A stretch of 32,000 nt of DNA, from assembly GCA_965228485.1 (NCBI GenBank), contig OZ245819.1, forward strand, positions 90,001 to 122,000, in the 5' to 3' direction. Numbering within the stretch: position 1 is the first letter of the stretch; every line of letters begins with the position of its first letter. Below are positions 1 to 7,795 of the stretch, in pieces. Origin of the DNA: Candidatus Saccharimonadota bacterium (GTDB lineage Bacteria; Patescibacteriota; Gracilibacteria; UBA4473). The notes beneath the pieces were generated by a model. That model ran no database searches. It had not been told where the DNA came from and saw only the letters and a program-made list of their open reading frames with translations. The translations under genes were made by a program, and so were the position numbers.

Positions 1-56
1 ATCAAATAAATTACGAAAGATTCTTCGTTCCACTCAGAATGACAGAGGAAGTTTAT

Positions 57-845
57 TTAATTATCAATAAACTCAGTGATTATTTCTGTAAACATTCCAT
101 CTGACCAGAGGTCGTTATGTCCTCGATTTGGAATGAGGAGGTAGGACTTTTTTTGACTGGGGATGGTTTCGAATAGTTCCTCGGAGAAAGTATGGGGGAT
201 GAGTTGATCTTGGTTGCCGTGGATGATAAGGAGTTCGTTGTGGTAGTCTTTGAGCCACTGGATATTATCGTATTTTTCTCGGAGAATTATGGCGGCGGGG
301 TAGATTTTGTATTTTGATTGGGCGAGTTTGGTGAGGGTTGAGAAAGGAGTAACGAGAATGAGTTCGTCGGTATTGCCGAGGTGGGCATGATGGCTGGCGG
401 CACCTGTTCCGATACTTTGTCCGTAGACGGTGGTTTTTTGGAATCCTTTGTCTTCTATGAATTGATGAATGTTTTTGACATCTTTAAGGATGAGTTTGTA
501 GGATGGTTTTTTGCCGTCGTTTGAGTAGCCAGCGTATTCGACAAAGATGAGATGTTTGTTGCTGGTTTCGAATATGGATTTAATGGCGCTTCTATCACAG
601 GCTGATCCGGCATTTCCGTGATAGTAGACGAGAACTTCTGAATTAGTGCCTTCTTTGTAATAGAATCGAGTGCCGTTGTGGTTTAGTTTTTCATAATCTT
701 TGAATCCGTAGCAGCTTTCAAAATCTTGATTATCGGGGTAGTAAATAATTGATCTTTGGCTCATAAAAAGAAACAGTCCAAAGCATAGATAGACGGCTAG
801 GATTATTCGACCAAAGATGACGGCGATTTTTCGAGTTTTTTTCAC
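57..845 (-). CDS. Membrane-anchored alpha/beta-fold hydrolase
   Basis: The 262-aa ORF has an N-terminal hydrophobic helix (IAVIFGRIILAVYLCFGLFLF). It has a GxSxG nucleophile elbow (GQSIGTG), and a late HGNQDQLIP plus GHND consistent with the Asp/His of a Ser-Asp-His triad. Confidence 0.7.
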   Translation of the reverse strand: MKKTRKIAVIFGRIILAVYLCFGLFLFMSQRSIIYYPDNQDFESCYGFKDYEKLNHNGTRFYYKEGTNSEVLVYYHGNAGSACDRSAIKSIFETSNKHLIFVEYAGYSNDGKKPSYKLILKDVKNIHQFIEDKGFQKTTVYGQSIGTGAASHHAHLGNTDELILVTPFSTLTKLAQSKYKIYPAAIILREKYDNIQWLKDYHNELLIIHGNQDQLIPHTFSEELFETIPSQKKSYLLIPNRGHNDLWSDGMFTEIITEFIDN

Positions 846-965
846 TTTTTGGATTATAGCTGAAAGTGTTTTGATTAAAAATCAAGAAAAAATTATGCAA
901 AATTTTGTTTTATTCATATCAATATTTTGTAAAAATTTAGACAAAATATTGTTAACCACAAAAAA

Positions 966-2291
966 ATGGCAAAGTCGGTATCGCTTCCAGAAGGGTCTAT
1001 TGTAAAGACTCTTGTGACAGATTTGGCGGGGGGATTGAAAGAAATCATTTTCCCAGGTTCAGCGTTGAATGCAATTACTGGTCGAGGAATGGCGTATGAT
1101 GGCTCGAGTTTTTCGGGGATTAATAACATTAATTCGAGTGATGCGATTCTTTGGGGAGATATAGAGACATTGGTAGAAGTGCCAGAATGTATAAGTGATA
1201 CTGAAGCGCCTGAGTTTTGGATCATGTGTAATATTCTTACTCCAGACGGAGAACCACATCCAAACTGTGCCAGAACGCATTTGATTGAACGACAAAAGGA
1301 ACTAGGAAAACTCTGGAAAGGAGGGGAGATGTGTGTTGGAGCGGAGCCAGAAGCTTTCTTTGTTTCTGAGCGAAACTCGATTGGACGAGAAGGTGGAGGA
1401 AATGCCAACTACTTCAATCCAAAAGACCCAAAGAGTTTTATCATTGCAGAGATCATGCAAATCTTGCCAAAAATGGGATATACGATCGAACGTGGACATC
1501 CAGAAGTGGGAGATGAGCAGTTTGAGATTAATTGGGAATACGACACGGCACATAGAACGGCTGATCGGATTCAGATGTACAAGTTAATCGCTCATAAGGT
1601 TGCGCGGAGACATGGATTTGATGTGACGTTTTTGCCGAAACCGTTTCCACAACGAAATGGTTCTGGAATGCACTGTCATTTATCGGTCGGAGATGGGAAA
1701 AAGAATCTTTTCTATGATGCGAAGAAGAAAGACCAGAAGTATTTTTCTGATACGGCACTTCATTTCTTAGCCGGGATTATGCGTTATTCTCGTGCGATTG
1801 CCGCGGTGGCAAATTCTACGGAAGCTTCGTATGCACGTTTGACCCCTGGGTTTGAAGCTCCTTGTGTGGTGGCTCTTGGAGAGTTCAATCGTTCAGCAGC
1901 GGGGCGAATTCCAGCTATTTCTGATCCAAAGACCATTTCAAAAGCCCTACGAGTAGAGTTTCGGTTTCCTGATCCATTGGCGAATCCGTATCTGCTTTGT
2001 TCTTCGTTTGTTGTGGCGGGGATTCTCGGGATTGAAAAAGAAGAAAAATTCAAAGGCTTTACCGAAGAAAATCTGTATCGATTAAACCTCGCTCAACTTC
2101 GAGCCAAGCGGTACAAATTACTCCCACGAAATTTATGGGAAGCGTATCAAGATTTTGTGATGAATCCTGACTTTATCGACAAGATGGGGAAAGAAATCCA
2201 CGGAGCTTATGCCGATATTATTCTGGAAGAGATTGATGAATGTCAGCCTTACGCGAATATGGAATCTATGCGAAGACACTACTTTGATTAG
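966..2291 (+). CDS. glnA: Glutamine synthetase, type I-like
   Basis: The 441-aa ORF has the N-terminal YDGSSFSG beta-grasp motif, EPEAFF, NGSGMHCHLS, and RVEFRFPDPLANPYL. These are classic GS signature blocks in the correct order. Confidence 0.85.
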   Translation: MAKSVSLPEGSIVKTLVTDLAGGLKEIIFPGSALNAITGRGMAYDGSSFSGINNINSSDAILWGDIETLVEVPECISDTEAPEFWIMCNILTPDGEPHPNCARTHLIERQKELGKLWKGGEMCVGAEPEAFFVSERNSIGREGGGNANYFNPKDPKSFIIAEIMQILPKMGYTIERGHPEVGDEQFEINWEYDTAHRTADRIQMYKLIAHKVARRHGFDVTFLPKPFPQRNGSGMHCHLSVGDGKKNLFYDAKKKDQKYFSDTALHFLAGIMRYSRAIAAVANSTEASYARLTPGFEAPCVVALGEFNRSAAGRIPAISDPKTISKALRVEFRFPDPLANPYLLCSSFVVAGILGIEKEEKFKGFTEENLYRLNLAQLRAKRYKLLPRNLWEAYQDFVMNPDFIDKMGKEIHGAYADIILEEIDECQPYANMESMRRHYFD

Positions 2292-2315
2292 GTCTTGATA
2301 AGTGGAAACATTAGA

Positions 2316-2344
2316 AAAGAGCTGAAATTTTCAGCTCTTTTTTT
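2316..2344. terminator. Bidirectional rho-independent terminator between convergent glnA and the FMN-reductase fusion gene
   Basis: A perfect 10-bp stem pairs AAAGAGCTGA (2316-2325) with TCAGCTCTTT (2331-2340) around a 5-nt loop. It has an A-run on the left and a T-run on the right. Confidence 0.7.
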
Positions 2345-3548
2345 AACTGGCTTGAGAATGACGACTACCAGAAGAATCTTTCTTTGTGAACAATAATTTT
2401 ATACAAAAAGGGGTGTAGATTACAAAAAATATCGTTAGCAGTACTAATGCGTAGTTTTTTTCAGCAACTAGATACACGTAAAATCCTCCTGCTAAAAAAT
2501 AAATATAGGCCGTTTTTTGCATCCATCTCCAGAGCGTGTTGAAGTTCTCAACCAGCCATTTGTTTGAGGCAAAAAAGAGAATAAACCCTGTGATTTCACT
2601 GGCTCGAGCGATGAGTTTTAGATTTTCAAACGTCCAATTCCTGGCTGAGAAATAGGAAAGGAAATGATCAAGATCGAGTGGAACGATGTTTCGACTGATC
2701 CAGAATCCAATGACGATACTACTGGAAATAAGGCCAATGCCTTTTCGCCAAATAAGCATTTTTTCTATGATTGGGTGAGGAATAAATTCATAAATAGGAC
2801 GAATAACAAGGGTGAAGCAAGCGGCTATCAGTGCGATCTCCCAAAGAATGTTTTGCATCCAGTAATTTAGTATTTCTGGAGCAAAAAAATTTATGCCTAC
2901 AATCGATAAAAGGAGTGCGTATCCAAGGTAACTAAAAATTTCCCCAGCTAATTTGAAAGGTTCTATTTTTTTAGTTTCTTTTTTTGTGATGAGTTCTTTT
3001 TCATTTAAGAAATTTTGAATCTCTGTTTCGAGTAATTTTTCGAGTTCTGGATTTGTGATTTCTCCATCTGAAAAGTTCTTGTAGAAAGATGGGAAAATAA
3101 ACTTTCCGCAGACTTTTCCATTCATGAAAGGGAAATAACTTGCCGCTCCATCAAGAACCGTCTGCCCACCGCGTGCTCCTGGAGAAGTAGCCATAAGTAG
3201 CATGGGTTTGTGTTGCCAGAGTTTTTCTTGGTTTATAGACGCCCAGTCAACAATATTTTTAAATACGGGCGTATAAGAGCCGTTGTATTCCGCAAAAGAG
3301 ATAATAATTCCGTCAGAATCTTTGATCAGGTTGGAAAATTCTTCAGCCTTTGGAGGAATACCGTTTTTTTCTTGAATTTCAGGAGAAAAAAGAGGACATT
3401 CAAAATCATTTAGGTCAATAATGTTTACGTTTCCTTCTATTTTAGAAGTTACGTATTTTATAAGTTCTTTATTGATAGATTTTTTATTGTTGGTGGCGGC
3501 AAGGGCGAGATAGTTTTTCATAAATTTATTTTGTGAGGATAGTACCAT
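2343..3548 (-). CDS. Fusion protein: N-terminal NAD(P)H-dependent FMN reductase (flavodoxin-like fold) plus C-terminal ~6-TM domain
   Basis: The N-terminal half (roughly 2952-3521) looks like the NADPH-dependent FMN reductase family: MKNYLALAATNNKKSINKEL..., IISFAEYNGSYTPVFKNIVDW, LLMATSPGARGG. The C-terminal half (2343-2951) has six hydrophobic helices. The likely true start is the second Met (MKNY, 3521), which removes the 23-nt overlap with apbE. Confidence 0.7.
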   Translation of the reverse strand: MVLSSQNKFMKNYLALAATNNKKSINKELIKYVTSKIEGNVNIIDLNDFECPLFSPEIQEKNGIPPKAEEFSNLIKDSDGIIISFAEYNGSYTPVFKNIVDWASINQEKLWQHKPMLLMATSPGARGGQTVLDGAASYFPFMNGKVCGKFIFPSFYKNFSDGEITNPELEKLLETEIQNFLNEKELITKKETKKIEPFKLAGEIFSYLGYALLLSIVGINFFAPEILNYWMQNILWEIALIAACFTLVIRPIYEFIPHPIIEKMLIWRKGIGLISSSIVIGFWISRNIVPLDLDHFLSYFSARNWTFENLKLIARASEITGFILFFASNKWLVENFNTLWRWMQKTAYIYFLAGGFYVYLVAEKNYALVLLTIFFVIYTPFCIKLLFTKKDSSGSRHSQAS

Positions 3549-4398
3549 CTTTTTTTATAGCGAGGTAGTGTAAGTTTTCGGCTTTTTCGCACCAGAGATC
3601 CCAGGTGTCTTTATTGGTGAAGAACGCTGCCGTAGCCAGTCCGTCGACCAGCCCTCCTGATTTACCCCAAAAGCTTATAGCAATAAACTCAGAATCGGTG
3701 GATTGGTTTTTTTGTGGATCGATCAGATGTGATTTCTGACCAGTATTGGTTTCCCATTTTCGTTTATAAGTTCCACTAGTGGCGAGGCTCATATTTTGTA
3801 TGTGGAGATTTTCAGGTTTGCCACTCACAGGGTTTTTTATAAAAAATTCAAAGCTGTCTTGATCAAGGTCTTTTCCTCTGGTAGCAATATCTCCTCCCAG
3901 ATTTACGATAATGCCTTGAGCTTCTTGTTGATGTTGATCGGCTATAATTTCGGCAAGATATCCTTTTAGAAATCCTCCAAAATCAATGAAAGCGTTTTCT
4001 TTCAGTTTTATGGTGTTGGAGGTCTCAATTAGTCCCTCTGGAAAGACTAAGGGAGGGGGTATTTCTTTTGCTTTTGTGAAGTGGTTTTTTTCGAAAGAAT
4101 CATTGTATCCATGATCCGGTAGATTCACATGAGGATTAAAAAGGCCTTCGGTGAAACGAGAATACTCTTTCGCGGCTTTGAGTGTTTGTGCCAGTTCAGG
4201 GATTAGAACTATTTCTTCACCTTTATTTAACTGTGTCGTGAGACTATTGGGTTGGAATCGAGAAAATAGTTTTTCGTAATGAGTTAAAGTATTTTTTATA
4301 GCTTGAAGTATTTGTTCAGGTTTTTTTGTCGGTTTGATGAGTTCAATCGACATTGAACAGTTCCAGGCCTGGAAACTTTTATGAAAAACTTCTGACAT
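3526..4398 (-). CDS. apbE: FAD:protein FMN transferase (ApbE family), no signal peptide in this ORF
   Basis: ApbE blocks are present in order: DFGGFLKGYLAE, VNLGGDI, ATSGTYKRKW, HLIDP. The N-terminus (MSEVFHKSFQAW) is not hydrophobic. Confidence 0.88.
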   Translation of the reverse strand: MSEVFHKSFQAWNCSMSIELIKPTKKPEQILQAIKNTLTHYEKLFSRFQPNSLTTQLNKGEEIVLIPELAQTLKAAKEYSRFTEGLFNPHVNLPDHGYNDSFEKNHFTKAKEIPPPLVFPEGLIETSNTIKLKENAFIDFGGFLKGYLAEIIADQHQQEAQGIIVNLGGDIATRGKDLDQDSFEFFIKNPVSGKPENLHIQNMSLATSGTYKRKWETNTGQKSHLIDPQKNQSTDSEFIAISFWGKSGGLVDGLATAAFFTNKDTWDLWCEKAENLHYLAIKKDGTILTK

Positions 4399-4401
4399 GC
4401 T

Positions 4402-4674
4402 TTAGCTGGCTTCAGAGTATCGACTCGGCTTTTCTTTGTCTGGTGGAGCCGTTTCTTCTACTACGGGAAGGGTTACGGTTTCAACTATTGGTTCTTGGGT
4501 GTTTTTGACTTCTTGAGCTTGTGTTTCTGGTTCAGAAGTGATTACTTCTTCAACTTCAATGGCTGGCGTTGGTTTTGATGGAGTTGGTGTTGGGGGGGGT
4601 GTTTTTTCTGTTTCGGTAGGGGTTGTACAGGCCACAAGAATTAGTGGTAGAGTCAAAAAAATGTACTTTTTCAT
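4402..4674 (-). CDS. Lipoprotein signal peptide plus Pro/Thr/Glu-rich linker; possibly the detached N-terminus of ApbE
   Basis: MKKYIFLTLPLILVAC has an LVAC lipobox. It is followed by low-complexity TPPPTPTPSKPTP... In the same reading frame as apbE, the sequence reads ...SEAS-TAA-S-MSEVFHK. Confidence 0.6.
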   Translation of the reverse strand: MKKYIFLTLPLILVACTTPTETEKTPPPTPTPSKPTPAIEVEEVITSEPETQAQEVKNTQEPIVETVTLPVVEETAPPDKEKPSRYSEAS

Positions 4675-4753
4675 GGTTTTAAATTATTTACTCTCGGCGA
4701 TTTTATCCGTTTTCGTGATTTTGAGAAAAAGATAATGTTGTTTATCCTACACA

Positions 4754-5629
4754 ATGATGAAAAATAAGAATGGTTTCTTGTTGATAGACAAGCCGGCCGG
4801 GTGGACGAGTTTTGATGTGTGTGCAAAGTTGCGAAAAACCCTGGATGTGAAGCGTATTGGCCATACGGGAACACTCGACCCATTTGCTACGGGTTTACTT
4901 GTTATAGCTGTAGGGAAATGCACGAAGCTGATTCCTTTATTTGAAAAGGATAGAAAAATTTATCGAACAAAAATATTGTTCGGAAAAACTTCTGAAACCC
5001 TTGATCCAGAATCTACGGTTAAAGATGTCTTTAATGGTGTTGAGCCTACCTTAGAGGAAATTCAAAAAATTTTAGAAGATAGATTTACGAGCAAGATTGA
5101 GCAAATACCGCCTAAATATTCAGCTCTAAAAATTGATGGGAAACGGGCTTATGAATTAGCTCGAAAAGGAGAAGACATTGAAATGAAATCACGGTCTACA
5201 GAGGTCTTTAATGTTAAAATAATAGATTATAAATTTCCCGATTTGACGTTGGAGTTAGATGTAGCGGCGGGATTTTATGTAAGGAGTTTTGCTCGAGATT
5301 TGGGTGAAATTTTTTGTGGAGGGGGGATTTGTCAAGAACTGAGAAGAATTGGAGTCGGGGATTTGAGTTTAGAAGATGAAGCACTAGAAGTATTTTCTTC
5401 TGTTGAAGAAGTTAAGAAAGAATCACTTGTAGATGCTCAATTTTTGATCAAAAATATTGTTCACCTGGAAATTTCTGAAAATAGACTTCCTGACCTACAG
5501 TCCGGAAGAGCGGTGATGCTGGAAAATGAAATTTCTAATGGGGAAAAAGTATTGATTTTGTGTGAAGGGAAAACGGTTGGGATGGGGGAGGTGATTAATG
5601 GTAATTTGCAGCCGAGAGTGGTGTTTTAA
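4754..5629 (+). CDS. truB: tRNA pseudouridine(55) synthase
   Basis: The N-terminus GFLLIDKPAGWTSFDV and the catalytic-Asp block GHTGTLDPFATGLL are present. The length of 291 aa includes a C-terminal PUA-like tail. Confidence 0.93.
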   Translation: MMKNKNGFLLIDKPAGWTSFDVCAKLRKTLDVKRIGHTGTLDPFATGLLVIAVGKCTKLIPLFEKDRKIYRTKILFGKTSETLDPESTVKDVFNGVEPTLEEIQKILEDRFTSKIEQIPPKYSALKIDGKRAYELARKGEDIEMKSRSTEVFNVKIIDYKFPDLTLELDVAAGFYVRSFARDLGEIFCGGGICQELRRIGVGDLSLEDEALEVFSSVEEVKKESLVDAQFLIKNIVHLEISENRLPDLQSGRAVMLENEISNGEKVLILCEGKTVGMGEVINGNLQPRVVF

Positions 5630-5645
5630 TTAGGTATAAAAAAAT

Positions 5646-5673
5646 TTGCTTAAAGTGTTTTTATCTCTATATT
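5646..5673 (+). promoter_or_regulatory. Candidate sigma70-type promoter for rpsB
   Basis: TTGCTT (5646-5651), a 16-nt spacer, then TATATT (5668-5673), about 90 nt upstream of the rpsB ATG. This is a sequence match only. Confidence 0.3.
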
Positions 5674-5761
5674 TCCCCAGAATTTCCGCTCGTTTCTGAT
5701 TTAAGATTTTGCAGCGGTTCGTCATTCGACACCATTTATTTACTTCTTAATTACACAAAAA

Positions 5762-6430
5762 ATGGCACAAGATATGATCAAAAAAATGTTTGAAAACTTG
5801 GTTCATGTTGGTCACCGAGCTGATCGATGGAATCCAAAAATGAAACCTTATCTTCACAGTAAAGTAAACGGAGTTTGGGTTTTTGAATTAGAAAAATCTG
5901 CTGAAGGACTTGAGAAAGCTCAAAAGTTTCTGAAGGCTCTAAAAATTCAGAATAAAAAAGTTCTATTTGTTGGAACAAAGCCACAAACGGCTTGGCAAAT
6001 CCAAGAGCTTGTTGAACCTGCAGGACATTTTTACGTAGATAAAAAATGGACACCAGGACTTCTAACAAACTTCAAAGAACTAAGAAAACGAGTAGATTAC
6101 TACCTAGATCTAAAATCTCAGTTTGAGAGTGGAGATATTTCTAAATATACGAAAAAAGAACAAGCACAATTCAAAAAAGACCTTGAAAAACTAGAAGCTT
6201 CTTATGGAGGAGTTGCAGAAATGAGATCTAAACCAGATGCGGTGATTGTACTGGATACTTTCTCTGACAGAATTGCTATTGAGGAAGCTAATAAAGCTGG
6301 AATTGCAACGGTAGCTCTGGTTGATGCTAATGCTGATCCAGATGGAATTGATTATGTGATTCCTGGTAATGATGATGCGGTTAAATCAATTCGCTTTTTT
6401 ATCGAAAATATGTTAGAATCCTTGAGTTAG
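5762..6430 (+). CDS. rpsB: 30S ribosomal protein S2
   Basis: The N-terminal FENLVHVGHRADRWNPKMKPYL and the later VIVLDT...AIEEANKAGIATVALVDANADP are typical of uS2. Confidence 0.95.
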   Translation: MAQDMIKKMFENLVHVGHRADRWNPKMKPYLHSKVNGVWVFELEKSAEGLEKAQKFLKALKIQNKKVLFVGTKPQTAWQIQELVEPAGHFYVDKKWTPGLLTNFKELRKRVDYYLDLKSQFESGDISKYTKKEQAQFKKDLEKLEASYGGVAEMRSKPDAVIVLDTFSDRIAIEEANKAGIATVALVDANADPDGIDYVIPGNDDAVKSIRFFIENMLESLS

Positions 6431-6454
6431 TTCTTTAATCTAACTTAGAGCATC

Positions 6455-6916
6455 ATGGCTAACAGTGATAAAAACAAAAGCAAAAGTGTTTCAATTGATG
6501 AATTAAAAAAAGAAGTTGAAACTAAGAAGAAAGAAGCGAAAGCTATTCAAAAAGCTAGTGAAGATCTTGCTGAGGAGAATAATGTCCCAGTAGAGACTGA
6601 TCCGGATGAAATCCCTCAAGGAGATAAACTTCTCGCTTGTCTTGGGTACATTCACTTCTTATGTATTTTACCTCTAATTCTTAGACAGGAATCTGGCTTC
6701 TGCCAATTCCACGGAAAACAAGGATTAGTGATTACTCTTTTCTTCTTGCTCCTGGGAGTGGTTACAAAGTTTCTAGGGAAATATTATTTGTCTTCTAATA
6801 TCTTTGTAACGGTTTGTTGGATTGCTTTAGCTCTTGTTGGGATTGTGGCTGCTTGGAAAGGTCAAAAGAAGGAAATTCCAGTAGTCGCTTCCCTTGCGAA
6901 GCAACTTAATTGGTAG
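6455..6916 (+). CDS. Hypothetical membrane protein (Lys/Glu-rich N-terminus, 3 predicted TM helices)
   Basis: The 153-aa ORF sits 24 nt after rpsB. It has a charged N-terminal third followed by hydrophobic helices (LLACLGYIHFLCILPLIL, LVITLFFLLLGVV, VTVCWIALALVGIVAAW). No family was confidently recognised. Confidence 0.55.
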   Translation: MANSDKNKSKSVSIDELKKEVETKKKEAKAIQKASEDLAEENNVPVETDPDEIPQGDKLLACLGYIHFLCILPLILRQESGFCQFHGKQGLVITLFFLLLGVVTKFLGKYYLSSNIFVTVCWIALALVGIVAAWKGQKKEIPVVASLAKQLNW

Positions 6917-6946
6917 AAGAGCATTTAGTAAAAACTTAAATACAAG

Positions 6947-6976
6947 AGACTTGGGAATCTTCTCAGGTCTTTTTTT
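6947..6976 (+). terminator. Rho-independent terminator-like hairpin
   Basis: A 7-bp stem pairs AGACTTG (6947-6953) with CAGGTCT (6964-6970), with one G-U pair and a 10-nt loop, followed by a T-run. Confidence 0.45.
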
Positions 6977-7033
6977 GTTGCTTTTTGTTAGTGACTGATT
7001 AGATTACGAGCGATTTTTTAACCTACAAAAACG

Positions 7034-7795
7034 ATGGCAGTAACTGCAGCACAAGTAAAAGAACTTCGCGACCGAACAGGGGTTGCAATGATGGCGTGTA
7101 AAAAAGCGCTTGAAGAAGCTAACGGTAATATGGAGGAAGCTATTGAGATTCTTCGAAAACGAGGAGCCGCTAAAGCTGCTGAAAAAGCTGATCGATCAAC
7201 TGGAGAAGGTCGAGTAGCGATTTCAGGACGAGTAATTGTTAAACTCCTTTGTGAAACAGACTTCGTAGCAAAGAATGAAAACTTTATTGCTTTTGCTCAA
7301 GAAGTAGCAGACAAAGCTTCTACGGATGGTGTTGAAGCCGCTAAAGATCATTTTGAGTCAGTAAAAACTGATAAAATTCAAGAAATTGGAGAAAATATTG
7401 TATTAGAAGATACTCAAGAAATTGAAGGAGGTGATGTTCTTGGAGGATACGTTCACTCAAATGGGAAAATTGCCGTACTTGTTGCTCTTGAAGGAGGGGA
7501 CGAAGAAAAAGCAAAAGATGCAGCAATGCATGCAGCGGCTATGAATCCATTAGTTGCACGACCTGATGAAGTAGATCAAGCTCTAATTGATAAAGAAAAA
7601 GAAATTGCTCGAGATCAACTTATTAATGAAGGAAAACCAGAAACTATTATCGACAATATTATTGCTGGTAAAATTAAAAAATTCTGTGCTGAACGAGCAC
7701 TTGTTTCACAAGCTTTTGTAAAAGACCCAAGCGTGACGGTTGAAGAACACCTTGGAGACGCTAAAGTTGTAGGATTTGTTCGAGTAGAAGTTTAA
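7034..7795 (+). CDS. tsf: Translation elongation factor Ts
   Basis: The N-terminal UBA-like block [40 protein letters not shown] is present, then [12 protein letters not shown] and HAAAMNP. Confidence 0.95.
   Translation: MAVTAAQVKELRDRTGVAMMACKKALEEANGNMEEAIEILRKRGAAKAAEKADRSTGEGRVAISGRVIVKLLCETDFVAKNENFIAFAQEVADKASTDGVEAAKDHFESVKTDKIQEIGENIVLEDTQEIEGGDVLGGYVHSNGKIAVLVALEGGDEEKAKDAAMHAAAMNPLVARPDEVDQALIDKEKEIARDQLINEGKPETIIDNIIAGKIKKFCAERALVSQAFVKDPSVTVEEHLGDAKVVGFVRVEV

Noticed and set aside
914-2053. Several minus-strand and off-frame ORFs overlapping glnA (914..1408, 1059..1295, 1302..1553, 1333..1587, 1528..1758, 1784..2053).
   Set aside because: All lie inside a gene with strong glutamine-synthetase motifs. 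Their translations are low-complexity or Ser/Pro/Arg-rich with no motifs. They are shadow ORFs.
5690-5735. Short hairpin CCGCT...AGCGG in the rpsB leader, considered as a possible S2 autoregulatory structure.
   Set aside because: It has only a 5-bp stem and a large loop. I cannot match it to any known rpsB leader motif by eye.
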